64,000 bases of DNA, taken from NCBI GenBank assembly GCA_963724295.1, contig CAVRUC010000007.1, positions 288,001-352,000 of the forward strand, written 5' to 3'. The DNA comes from an uncultured Chloroflexia bacterium (GTDB lineage: Bacteria > Chloroflexota > Chloroflexia > Thermomicrobiales > UBA6265). Shown piece by piece: positions 8,161 through 17,703 of the stretch. Positions within the stretch are counted from its first letter, which is position 1; the number at the start of each line of letters is the position of its first letter. The notes beneath the pieces were generated by a model, which saw only the letters and a list, made by a program, of their open reading frames with translations, had not been told where the DNA came from and searched no databases. A program made the translations under genes and the position numbers.

Positions 8161-8235
8161 GGTCGGGGTGAGAGGACTCGAACCTCCGGCCTCGGCGTCC
8201 CAAACGCCGCGCGCTACCAACTGCGCCACACCCCG
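8161..8235 (-). tRNA. tRNA-Pro (TGG)
   Basis: CGGGGTGTGGCGCAGTTGGTAGCGCG-CGGCG-TTTGGGA-CGCCG..GGTTCGAGTCC..CACCCCGACC; terminal A of CCA not encoded. Confidence 0.95.
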
Positions 8236-8276
8236 GTATGGGTCACTTCGAGTATACGGACGGGTCATCAGGGGTG

Positions 8277-10610
8277 TCAAAACCTCGAGCATGCCTGCAC
8301 TAGCCGCCGATCCGCCGGTAGATTCGGGTATTTCCCGCGCGAAACGCCTCTTCCCAATGCGGAGTCTCGCTCCTCCAGCAGCGGCGGGATGTCATAGGGG
8401 CCGGCGGTCTCGCATTCGGTCTGCCAGTCGCCCGACTCATACTCCCCGAGGAAGAGCCAGGTGACCCCATATGTATCAAACAGCGGGCTGTCAGGATGGG
8501 CGAACATCTCGGCGACGTCAGCCTCTCGGCGACCGATCTGATCAAGAAGCTCCGGCTGTCCAGCACGCCATTGTCGCTGATGATTATTCCCCCAGCCGAT
8601 GACCGTCGGTACGCCCGTGAAGGCGGAAACGCGGTTGAATGGCAACCGGTCGAATGGAAGGTAAGAGCACCCCGCGGCTTCCAGCACGACGTCTCCAGGC
8701 GCGGCGTGTTGGCCCAGCCAGCGGATGGCGGCGGTCTCGTCGGGATCCGTTTCCTGGGCAAAGGCGAGGCCATCCAGTCCCTGCCAGGCCGCGAACCGGT
8801 CCGTCCATTGAGACGAAGCGATTGCCGGGTAGACGGCTCCAGCCAGGAGGGTCGCGACCGTTGCCGCCGCCAGCAGCGCTCGCGGCCAGGCAGCTGCCGA
8901 CGCTGCTTTCCAGAGGAGGACGACCGTCACCGCCGTCGCGAGGGCAAACAGCGTCCAGGTCTGGTAGTAGAACTTGAACAGCGTGTTCATGCGATCGTCG
9001 AATGCGTCCCGGATGTAGACGATCTCGACCCCGATCGACAGCGCCCAGCCAATCGAGAAGAGCAGCAGGGCAAACGACCGCGGCCGGTCCTCGGTCGAAC
9101 CGCGCAGCTGCGAAATTGCCAGGGCGAGCGGAATGCCGCAGAGCGGGATCACGGGAGCCGAGAGGAGCACTCCGGGCACGATGGTCGCGGTGAAGACAAC
9201 GAGCAGGGCGAGGAGCGTCGGACGCCACGACGCGCTCCAGGCCCGAACTGCCCCGAATACCACCAGGGTGACACCGAAGATGTAGGGAACCCCGAAGATC
9301 GTTAGATACTCGATGATCGACGTGCGCTCGCCTCGATGCAGACCGACGGCAGCGATCAGGCTGGAGATAACGGGTAGGTCGGCGATGCGGGGTGGTAATC
9401 CGAGTGCGCCACCGGCTGTCGGTGGCACATAGCTCGCCAGAAACGGTAACCAGGCCACGATGGCGGATGCACCGAGAAGAAGAAGCGGTCTCCATGCGCG
9501 ACTCAAGGAGTCCCCCGCACCGCACCAGACGCCAATGGCGACGATCAGCAGGAAGGCCGGCAGGTCCCAGGCATTGAGCGCGTACAGCGAGCCGGCGAAC
9601 GCGCCGCTGATGCCGACGCGCGCCAACCAGCCGCGGTCAGCGTCACTCGCATCACGAGCTTGCACTTGCCGGGCAAGGTTCCAGGCCAGGCCGACCGCGA
9701 CGACGGTGAAGGGCAGGGCCATCAGGTGGGGATGGAGATCCCCGAGCAGGAAACTGAAGAACGGAAACTCGTTGATCGTCTCGGTCGCCGGAAACGAACA
9801 TTGATTGTCGACGCGGGCACCGTCGCAGACGATCCGGCTGGAGCGCCAGCCGATACCGGTGACGCTGTCCCACCACCATGCGGAGACGGTACCGGACGGG
9901 TCCCGGATCAACCGCCAGGGAGCGTAGAGATTTCCCGATAGCGCGAGCGCGACCATGGCGAACAGCCCGCCGGCCGCGGCGAGGCGAGGTCCCAGTGAAG
10001 GTCGGACCGCGTTCCACGCCACGCCGAAGGCGGCCACGGCAGTCGTACTGAAGATCGTTGCCAGTGCCAGGTTGAACGCGATCTCGGGGGCGACTCCTGA
10101 CACGCGACCGACGGCGCCGTGGAGGAGGTAGCCAAGGTAGTAGTAGTTGATCGGCTCTCCGACGAACCACGGATCCGGGGGAGGAATGGAGACCGCCCGG
10201 GCGCTGCTGGCGAGGAACGCGATGTCCATTGGCTTCTCGGTGCCAAGGATCCGCGGCGTGTAGCCGCGAAGCCAGATGTAGGCGGCGAAGAGGAGCAGTG
10301 AAGCGCCTTCGACAAGGACCAGACTTCGCAACCAGGTGCGGTCGGCCTGGCGGCGCCGGATGACAAGCAGCCAGCCCAGCACGGCGGCGACGATCACGAC
10401 CACCGTCACCAGGGAGCCGCTGAACGGCGTCAGCTCGAGTGAAGCGAGCAACCACGCGGGGTAGACGGCGGCGAGCATGGCGATCGGTCGCGCCAGCGTT
10501 GCTCCGCGGTCCGGAAGGCCGCGGCAGAGCCAGGAAACGGCCGGGGACCAGGCCCAGGTCACGGCCGCCAGGACGAGATACCACCGCCCCGCAGCTTCGA
10601 CCCAGCTCAC
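8277..10610 (-). CDS. DUF2298 / Chlor_Arch_YYY polytopic membrane protein; true stop possibly 8300 via a frameshift near 8372
   Basis: EKPMD..FL, PP.DPWF.G.PINYYY.G, TINEFPFFSFLLGDLHPH, NAWD.P, RMNTLFKFYYQ.W, S..TG.PTVIGW..HQ.QWR. Confidence 0.88.
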   Translation of the reverse strand: MSWVEAAGRWYLVLAAVTWAWSPAVSWLCRGLPDRGATLARPIAMLAAVYPAWLLASLELTPFSGSLVTVVVIVAAVLGWLLVIRRRQADRTWLRSLVLVEGASLLLFAAYIWLRGYTPRILGTEKPMDIAFLASSARAVSIPPPDPWFVGEPINYYYLGYLLHGAVGRVSGVAPEIAFNLALATIFSTTAVAAFGVAWNAVRPSLGPRLAAAGGLFAMVALALSGNLYAPWRLIRDPSGTVSAWWWDSVTGIGWRSSRIVCDGARVDNQCSFPATETINEFPFFSFLLGDLHPHLMALPFTVVAVGLAWNLARQVQARDASDADRGWLARVGISGAFAGSLYALNAWDLPAFLLIVAIGVWCGAGDSLSRAWRPLLLLGASAIVAWLPFLASYVPPTAGGALGLPPRIADLPVISSLIAAVGLHRGERTSIIEYLTIFGVPYIFGVTLVVFGAVRAWSASWRPTLLALLVVFTATIVPGVLLSAPVIPLCGIPLALAISQLRGSTEDRPRSFALLLFSIGWALSIGVEIVYIRDAFDDRMNTLFKFYYQTWTLFALATAVTVVLLWKAASAAAWPRALLAAATVATLLAGAVYPAIASSQWTDRFAAWQGLDGLAFAQETDPDETAAIRWLGQHAAPGDVVLEAAGCSYLPFDRLPFNRVSAFTGVPTVIGWGNNHQRQWRAGQPELLDQIGRREADVAEMFAHPDSPLFDTYGVTWLFLGEYESGDWQTECETAGPYDIPPLLEERDSALGRGVSRGKYPNLPADRRLVQACSRF

Positions 10611-10625
10611 GCTTGGTGTGCCACG

Positions 10626-13600
10626 TCAGGCCGGACGCACGGGAAGGACGTGATAGATCGTGGTGCCACGCGACTGGTGAGCGACTTCGAGGGTGGTCCC
10701 GACCATGGCGGCGAACGCCTCGATCCCCGCTGCGGAGCCAGCCGGCGTGCATTCGTTGTTAGCAATCGGATAGATCCGCTCCAGCTCGCCGACGACGACG
10801 TACTCCACGTTGTAGCGGCGCAGGATCGATGCCTTCTGGTCGGTATCGGTCGAGGTATAGAGCGTTTCCACGTCCGCCACCCGGGCCGGCAGGGTTTCCG
10901 GATAACGCTGCTGCTGCTCGTGACGTTCCCAGCCGATGATCGTCGGTAGACCAGTTGCCGCGGAGATCCTACTGCCGTTGCACCGGTACGGTCCGATCGA
11001 TGCTTCGGCAACGACGGGAGTCCCAGAGACATTGGCGAAGAACCAGGCGATGGCGTCCGCGTCTCCAGCGTATGGAATTTTCCCGTAGGCCGGACTGCCG
11101 ATGACGGGCACGGTTCCGGCATTCATCCACGCGAATGCATTGAGCGTACCGACCGGCGACCCGGGCTTGAAGCGCTGCGCCAGGCGTGGTCCGGTGGCCA
11201 CGAGGGGATAGATCAGCGAGGCAAGGAGCACCAATAGGGTGGCGGCTGCTCCCAGGCGCGCCCAGGCGCCGCGAATGGTGGGGAATGCCCGGGTCGACGA
11301 GCGGGAACGGACAGCTCGGCGCAGCTCCTGAATCATGAGCGCGAACAGGGCCGCGCCGGCCAGGCTGAAGAGAACCCAGACCTGGTTGTAGAACTTGAAG
11401 ACCGTGTTCATGCGGTAGGCCGTGGTGGCGATCAGATCGTCGGCGATCACGACGACCTCGACGCCGGCGGCGGTGAAGGCGGCCGCCGCCGCCAGCAGGC
11501 AGACGAAGCGATCGCCGCGGCGGTCCAGCCGCAGCCAGCCCACCGCCGCGGCGCCGCCCAGGGCAATGAGCAAGCCGAAGACGGCGCGGCCGGCGAGGAT
11601 GCTGGACGCGGCGATCAGCGCCGAGATCGGGATGAGCAGTGCGGCAAATCGTCTACTCCAATCGCGTTGCCCGTCGTTGTGTGTCGTCAGTGTCCAGGCG
11701 GCGAGCAGAGGTGGACCGCAGAGGGCCGAGACGACAAGGAGAGCGCCGGCAGTCTGTGCCACCGAACTACGACCAACGACGAGCGCGACGACACCAAGCG
11801 CTCCCAGCGCCAGCACGCCCAGCGTCGAGGCAGTATTGAGAAGATGTTCACGACGCCGTGGCAGCAAGAGAACGACGAGCCCCAGGGCGGCAACGACGAT
11901 CAGCCCGCCCAGGTGACTCAGGAACTGGATGGGATCGGTGGGGTCGCGGACAAGCGCAAGCTGACTGAAGAGCGCAACGAAATGGAGGTGGAAGGGGAGG
12001 AAGAGGAGCCACGCGCCGCCGAGCGAAAGCAGCGATCCGGCGGCCAGGGCGAACAGGCGTCGCGAGATCGGCTTCACACCCGCCGTGGCCATGAAAATGG
12101 ATGCGATTGCGAGTACGGCGTAAACCGGCACATCCCAGGCATTTGTCGCGCTCAGGGTGCCGAGGAGCAGAGCCAGGGTCGTCAACCGGGCGACGGCCGG
12201 TAGACGGGGCGTCTCCGATACGCGGGTTGTGGCGATGGCCAGGCAGGTGGCAATGGTGGCAACGGTCAAGGGTAAGGCGACCACGTGCGCGTGGAGGTCC
12301 GCGTACAACCCGGTGAAGTAGGGAAACTCCGTGATCACGTGGTCGATGGCGCGGCTACCACCCCAGGTCCAGAAGAGGAACGGATCGAATCGCACCGGGA
12401 TGCCTTCGAGCAGGCGGTGGAGCGCCGAGAGATTTCCCAGCAGGCAGAGAGCGATGACGCCGCACCAGCCGCCGAGAAGAGCCATCCGCGACGACCGGGT
12501 CAGTCCGCGGGCGAGGGCAGCGGCGACCGTGAACCCACCGCCGGCCAACATACCAATGAACGTGGGCAACGCGAGATTGAAACCGACCTCAGCTGGAATC
12601 CCGGTGGCCTTGAGCAGGAAGGCGACCAGATAGAACCCGTAGTAGTAGTAGTTCAGGTAGCCATCGCTGAACCACGGGTCGTAGGGCGGAAAGTACGCGC
12701 TGCGGGCGATGGCATTGATCTGGGCGAACTCCATCGCTTTCTCACCGCCCCAGAACGGATGCCAGCTGTCGGGATTGATCAGTCTGAACGCGAGGAAGAT
12801 GAGAAATACGAGCCAGAACGCAGCTTCGGCATGGAGCCAGGTGAGCCGAGTCGAGGAGTCGAGGAGACCGTTGCCGCTGGCAGGAGTCGAGAAGCGTGGG
12901 CGACTGCTCGACGCCTCGACTGGTCTATTCGCGTGCCGCTCGAATCGCCATCCGATAGCGCCGATCGCCGCAATTGCAAGGACAACCCAGACGGCCCGGA
13001 AGCGGAAGAACTCCAGGCTGGCGCCCAGCCAGACCGGGTAAGCGGCGGCAACCAGGGCCAGGGTACGGGCCAGTCCCCAGCCCTGATCCGGGAACATCGG
13101 AAACAGCATTCGCGCGATTGGCAAACCGACGGCCAGGAGGACCAACACCAGCACGCTCCAGACCACGATGGCTACCGGAGTCGCAGCTGTGATCGCCGCG
13201 CTCCAGCGGCCATCGGCGACGGAGGGGTTCTCCCCGACGGGGCCATCGAGCAGCAGGGTCGGCATTGCCGGCTCGCGAGCTGGGTACCAGGGACGTTGCA
13301 GGGCCCAGGACATTACGGCGTCGTATTCAGCGCGGGCAAGCTGTGCCGTGCGCTGGAAGACCGTGACGCGGGGGTGGTCGTAGTTGATGAACGACTCGTC
13401 GGCCCGGCGGTCGTCTATGGCCACGTTGCCGATGGCGGGAGAGCGCTCGAACCTGGCCATCGGTTGGAACCCCAGCGCGCCATCGTCGAGCTGTGAGAAA
13501 TACCGTCCCTGGACGGGATAGCGCCACGGCGCCGCCCGCATAGCCGACTCCACTCGCTGGGAGGATTGGACGATGTAGTCGGCACGAGAGATTCCGGCGT

Positions 13601-15086
13601 AGATGGCATCCCGCGCTTCGGCAGGTGGCAGATCTCGATAGAGATCGAGGGTGATCGTGCCAAAACCGAACGAGGCGGGAGAGAGGGCATAAGCGAGCGA
13701 CCGTGGCAATGCGTCATCCCAATACTCGGCGGTCAGGTTCGCGCCCGGCGGGATGGCGCTGTAGATCCAGCGCGAGGCCGTGAGTCTTGGGTTCTCGTGG
13801 GCGTAGATCGAGAGGAAGGCGCCGGTCCAGGCGAACGTCAGGGTCAGGGCCAGCAACGGCACTGCAAGGCCTGGCATCCGCGGCCACGTGAGACGCACCG
13901 CACCGCTGAGTTTCGATAGAGCGAGCGCGGCGCTGACGGCGAACACGGGCGCAAGGGGCTCCAGGTAGCGCAAGAACTTGACGTCCGCGACCAGGAGCAC
14001 GCCGCCGTAGACGGCGATCCAGGAAGCGAGGATGATCGCCGTCGTCGACCTTCCGCGAAGGGCGAGACCGAGGAGGAGGGCGATACCGGCGATCGACAGC
14101 AGGCCCGCGGCCGGGCCATATCCCCAACGGAGAAATTGCTCGAGCTGGTAGGCGAGCGGCACGGTACCGGCATAGACACGGGTGAAGGGGACGTCGAAGA
14201 CACCCGAGACGATGTCGGCCTGGGTTCGCAACGATTGCAGGTAGACCTGAGGGCGAAGCAACGCATACGGCTCGAAGGCGAAAAACGCGGCTACAGCGGA
14301 AACGGCCGCCGCGACTGCGTTGACCAGCAGTGATCGTGAGACCGATGGCATGTGCCGACGATCGAAGCGACGCGCGGCGTCGATGACCAGCGCGGTCGCG
14401 ATCGGAACCGCCAGCGCGAAGACGCTCCCCTTGGTCGCCATGGCCAGGCCGAACGCGGCGCCGGCCGCGGCGAATCGCAGCACGCGCCCGTCTCGGGCCG
14501 CGGTCACGCAGGCAAGCAGGCAGAGCGCCACGAAGAAGGTCAGCCAGCTGTCGGTGGTGAAGAAGTGCGCGAGCTGGATCGACATTGGCGCGAGGGCGGC
14601 AAAGAGCGCGGCCATCAATCCCACGGCGCGACCGCCGAGGGAGGTACCGAGAGCGGCGATGGGGAGTATCGTCAGCGCGCTCAGCGCGGCGGAGATGGCC
14701 CGTCCCACGAGGTAGGCGCGGTCCATGGCATTCCAATCGACGCCGGTCAGTCGGGAAAGGGCCCAGGCGACCGCGTCGGTCACCCAGAGCGGGAGGGCTC
14801 CGTAGGCGAACTCGCGAAACTGGCCGCTCACTGGATCGGCTGAGCGCGGATTCAGGCCACTGCGCGCCGGATCGAGGAGCGTGCCGAGGTCGGGTGGCCA
14901 GTCGAATCGGATGCGATCGATCAGCACGATCTTGGCGATGAAGAGCTCGTCAGGGTGCAGATCGGCGCCGTCGTCCCAGTCGATGCCGTAGAGGCGCAAC
15001 GCCAGGGCCGCCAGGAAGACAATCGAGAGCGCTACGGCCCAGATGTCGTGTCTCGGTAGGCGAAGGCGCCGCCGGATTACCATCAT
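10626..15086 (-). CDS. Fusion of PMT/GT39-like glycosyltransferase domain and DUF2298 (YYY) domain
   Basis: N-terminal LRLYGIDWD...HPDE, FAYGALP, IQLAHFFTTD; C-terminal GGEKAME, FPPYDPWF..GYLNYYYYG, ITEFPYF..LYADLHAH, RMNTVFKFY.Q.W, GW..HEQQQR. Confidence 0.9.
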   Translation of the reverse strand: MMVIRRRLRLPRHDIWAVALSIVFLAALALRLYGIDWDDGADLHPDELFIAKIVLIDRIRFDWPPDLGTLLDPARSGLNPRSADPVSGQFREFAYGALPLWVTDAVAWALSRLTGVDWNAMDRAYLVGRAISAALSALTILPIAALGTSLGGRAVGLMAALFAALAPMSIQLAHFFTTDSWLTFFVALCLLACVTAARDGRVLRFAAAGAAFGLAMATKGSVFALAVPIATALVIDAARRFDRRHMPSVSRSLLVNAVAAAVSAVAAFFAFEPYALLRPQVYLQSLRTQADIVSGVFDVPFTRVYAGTVPLAYQLEQFLRWGYGPAAGLLSIAGIALLLGLALRGRSTTAIILASWIAVYGGVLLVADVKFLRYLEPLAPVFAVSAALALSKLSGAVRLTWPRMPGLAVPLLALTLTFAWTGAFLSIYAHENPRLTASRWIYSAIPPGANLTAEYWDDALPRSLAYALSPASFGFGTITLDLYRDLPPAEARDAIYAGISRADYIVQSSQRVESAMRAAPWRYPVQGRYFSQLDDGALGFQPMARFERSPAIGNVAIDDRRADESFINYDHPRVTVFQRTAQLARAEYDAVMSWALQRPWYPAREPAMPTLLLDGPVGENPSVADGRWSAAITAATPVAIVVWSVLVLVLLAVGLPIARMLFPMFPDQGWGLARTLALVAAAYPVWLGASLEFFRFRAVWVVLAIAAIGAIGWRFERHANRPVEASSSRPRFSTPASGNGLLDSSTRLTWLHAEAAFWLVFLIFLAFRLINPDSWHPFWGGEKAMEFAQINAIARSAYFPPYDPWFSDGYLNYYYYGFYLVAFLLKATGIPAEVGFNLALPTFIGMLAGGGFTVAAALARGLTRSSRMALLGGWCGVIALCLLGNLSALHRLLEGIPVRFDPFLFWTWGGSRAIDHVITEFPYFTGLYADLHAHVVALPLTVATIATCLAIATTRVSETPRLPAVARLTTLALLLGTLSATNAWDVPVYAVLAIASIFMATAGVKPISRRLFALAAGSLLSLGGAWLLFLPFHLHFVALFSQLALVRDPTDPIQFLSHLGGLIVVAALGLVVLLLPRRREHLLNTASTLGVLALGALGVVALVVGRSSVAQTAGALLVVSALCGPPLLAAWTLTTHNDGQRDWSRRFAALLIPISALIAASSILAGRAVFGLLIALGGAAAVGWLRLDRRGDRFVCLLAAAAAFTAAGVEVVVIADDLIATTAYRMNTVFKFYNQVWVLFSLAGAALFALMIQELRRAVRSRSSTRAFPTIRGAWARLGAAATLLVLLASLIYPLVATGPRLAQRFKPGSPVGTLNAFAWMNAGTVPVIGSPAYGKIPYAGDADAIAWFFANVSGTPVVAEASIGPYRCNGSRISAATGLPTIIGWERHEQQQRYPETLPARVADVETLYTSTDTDQKASILRRYNVEYVVVGELERIYPIANNECTPAGSAAGIEAFAAMVGTTLEVAHQSRGTTIYHVLPVRPA

Positions 15087-15152
15087 GGGCGCGATTCTAG
15101 GCAGGCGCGGGTTCAGGGTCGAACTTCACGACGCGCGCTGAGAGGCACGCTA

Positions 15153-16109
15153 TTGCGAGTCGTCTTCTTCGGATCACCGAAATTCGCGGTACCGACGCTG
15201 CAGTCGCTGGCGACGAATCCAGCGTTCGAGGTGGCACTGGTCGTGACCCAGGCCGCAAAGGGGGCGTCGCCGGTCGAAGTTGCGGCGGAAGACCTCGGCC
15301 TGCCGGTCTACAAGCCGGAGACACTGCGCGATGCCGCGTCCCGCGAGCCATTGATCGCGGCCGCGCCGGATCTCTTCGTGGTGGCTGCCTTTGGATTGAT
15401 CTTTCGCCAGCGGACGATCGACATCCCTCGCCACGGCTCGATCAACGTCCATCCTTCGCTGCTGCCGAAGTACCGCGGGGCGAGTCCGATCGTGGCCGCG
15501 ATTGCGGCGGGAGATCGTGAAACCGGTGTGGCGCTGATGGTGATGGATGCGGGTATCGACACTGGAGCTGTCGTTTCTCAAAAGCGGGCCACGATCGCCG
15601 ACGACGATACGAGCGAATCGCTCGGTGGCCGGCTGGGGCTTATTGGCGCGGAGATGGCGGTCCGCGACATCCCGCGCTGGGTCAAGGAGGAGCTGGTTGC
15701 CTCGCCGCAGCACGGTTCGCAGGCCAGTCTGACGCGCACGCTGACCAAGGCTGACGGCTGGATCGACTGGACGCGGCCGGCGGCGGAAATCGAGCGTCAC
15801 ATCCGGGCGATGTGGCCGTGGCCGCGCGCCTGGACGACCGTCCACGGATCGCCGATCCAGATTCATGGCGCCAAGGTTGTGGGCGCAGACCACGAAGGGC
15901 ACGATCGTGGAGCCGTTGTTTCAGAGCGGCGACGATTGATCGTGGCTTGCGGTGAAGATGCGCTCGAGATCGAGACCGTAGAGCCGGCAGGTCGGCGGAC
16001 GATGCCGGCCGCCGCGTACTTGAACGGTTTGCGGACACCGATCGTTCGTTTCGGAGACGCCGGGGCGCCGGAGCCGGCACCGCCGTTGATCGTTCCGATC
16101 GAGACGTGA
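15153..16109 (+). CDS. fmt: Methionyl-tRNA formyltransferase
   Basis: VVFFGSP.FA, VVAAFG.I, INVHPSLLPKYRGASPI, ETGV..M.MD.GIDTG, K.DG.IDW, IRA..PWP.A. Confidence 0.95.
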   Translation: MRVVFFGSPKFAVPTLQSLATNPAFEVALVVTQAAKGASPVEVAAEDLGLPVYKPETLRDAASREPLIAAAPDLFVVAAFGLIFRQRTIDIPRHGSINVHPSLLPKYRGASPIVAAIAAGDRETGVALMVMDAGIDTGAVVSQKRATIADDDTSESLGGRLGLIGAEMAVRDIPRWVKEELVASPQHGSQASLTRTLTKADGWIDWTRPAAEIERHIRAMWPWPRAWTTVHGSPIQIHGAKVVGADHEGHDRGAVVSERRRLIVACGEDALEIETVEPAGRRTMPAAAYLNGLRTPIVRFGDAGAPEPAPPLIVPIET

Positions 16110-16178
16110 TTTGGAAGGGGAACGCACGGGGGTGGCAACGAAACGTCCTTTGTGGGAGGGGGAGCCTCTTAAACTCTC

Positions 16179-16208
16179 TTATGCGGATAAGCTTTCTTAT
16201 CCGCATAA
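16179..16208. repeat. Perfect 13-bp AT-rich inverted repeat
   Basis: TTATGCGGATAAG-CTTT-CTTATCCGCATAA in the fmt to M42 peptidase intergenic region. Confidence 0.85.
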
Positions 16209-16420
16209 CGCATTCTGGCTCAGATCTGCCCGGGGGCTTCATCAGGCGCCGGGCGGTGCAAGTTGGACAATGCCTCGGACTTGATCCTCCGCGATCTGAA
16301 GCAGCGCTTGCTATGGGAAGCTCGCGCGTCTGCGTGCCACATGCGATTGCTGTCGATCGGCACTGACCGTATGCTCGGCATATTCCGTTGGCGAAGAACT
16401 GCGACTGGGAGGTCGAGTTC

Positions 16421-17485
16421 GTGTTCGAATTGGTGAAAGAGCTTAGCGAGTTGCCGGGTCCCACCGGGCATGAGGACGCGGTCCAGGATTGGGTCGAGCG
16501 CCGCTGGAGCGAGTTCGCGCAAGACGTACGGCGCACCCGGGTCAACAACATCCTCGCTCGCGTCGGCGGCATAGGGCGCCGTCTGGTGCTGGTTGCTCAC
16601 GCCGACGAGATCTGTCTCATGGTGAAGAGTGTTTCCGATGAGGGCTTTTTGCACCTCTGGCCGTATTACAGCGATCAGCTGGGAAGGCCGCCGCGCTGGT
16701 TCACGCCACTCAATCAACCGGCGCTCGTGCTCTCTTCGGCCGGCGCCGTGCCGGGTGTGTTCGCGACGGCGAGTGGTCACGTTGTCGGTGGGCGGAATAG
16801 TCAGAAGGACCAGTTCGAATGGAATGACTGGTTTGTCGACATCGGCGCCCGATCGTGTGCTGAGGTGGAGGATCTTGGAATTGGACCGGGCGCTCGGGTG
16901 ATCTGGAACCCCGAGACACGCCGGATCGGAAACAACATCACCGGCAAGGCGATGGATGACCGGGCCGCGCTGGCGATCGCGACCGCCGCCGGTGAAAAGC
17001 TAGCGACGAACGCGGAGCTTCCGTTCGAATTGTGGCTGGCGTCGACGGTCCAGGAAGAAAATGGGTTGCTCGGCGCGGCAAGCCTGGTCGACGAAATGTC
17101 GTTCGATTACGCGATCGCTCTCGACGTCGGCTTGACCGGCGATATTCCGGGACCGGACAAACGGGATTTTCCGTCCCGACTTGGAGCCGGACCGGTCGTC
17201 GTCTACCAGGACGCCCGCTGCCACTACTCCCGCCGCTTGAGCGACCGGCTCATCGATGTCGCGAAGTCGCAGGACATTCCTGTTCAGCGCGCGATCTTTC
17301 AGAACTACGGGAGCGACGGCGCCGAGCTCCTGCGGCGGGGCGTCGAAACAGCGTTGCTCACGTATCCAACCCGCTATACCCACTCGCCGATCGAAACTGT
17401 TGACGAGGCGGACCTGACACATATGGTGGATCTGCTCGTTGCGCTTGCGCTCTGTGGTGAGCAGCGACTGGAGAATAGCTTATGA
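16421..17485 (+). CDS. M42-family metallopeptidase (TET aminopeptidase/endoglucanase-like)
   Basis: PGPTGHE, AHADEI, GKAMDDR, STVQEE.GL.GA, ALDV, GSDG, PTRYTHSP.E; GGAGG before GTG. Confidence 0.9.
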   Translation: MFELVKELSELPGPTGHEDAVQDWVERRWSEFAQDVRRTRVNNILARVGGIGRRLVLVAHADEICLMVKSVSDEGFLHLWPYYSDQLGRPPRWFTPLNQPALVLSSAGAVPGVFATASGHVVGGRNSQKDQFEWNDWFVDIGARSCAEVEDLGIGPGARVIWNPETRRIGNNITGKAMDDRAALAIATAAGEKLATNAELPFELWLASTVQEENGLLGAASLVDEMSFDYAIALDVGLTGDIPGPDKRDFPSRLGAGPVVVYQDARCHYSRRLSDRLIDVAKSQDIPVQRAIFQNYGSDGAELLRRGVETALLTYPTRYTHSPIETVDEADLTHMVDLLVALALCGEQRLENSL

Positions 17486-17703
17486 CAAGTGACGGCGGTT
17501 CCGGCACGTCTACAACGTCCGACGAAATGGCCGAAGTTCTCGGTCGGGTACAGCAAGTGGATCCGAACGCCGACGAATTAGCGGTACGCGGCTATGTGCG
17601 GGAGATGTCCGAGGCGAGCGCTCACCTCGATGCCGTCGATCTGAGTGATGTACCGCTGCAGATCGCCTTTTCAGCCTGGTGGCCGGAAGGATCCGGGTCA
17701 TGA
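17482..17703 (+). CDS. Small acidic hypothetical protein, possible amidase partner subunit
   Basis: 73 aa, ATGA overlaps with both neighbours; ends in L.DVP...AF like small proteins that precede amidases. Confidence 0.55.
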   Translation: MTSDGGSGTSTTSDEMAEVLGRVQQVDPNADELAVRGYVREMSEASAHLDAVDLSDVPLQIAFSAWWPEGSGS

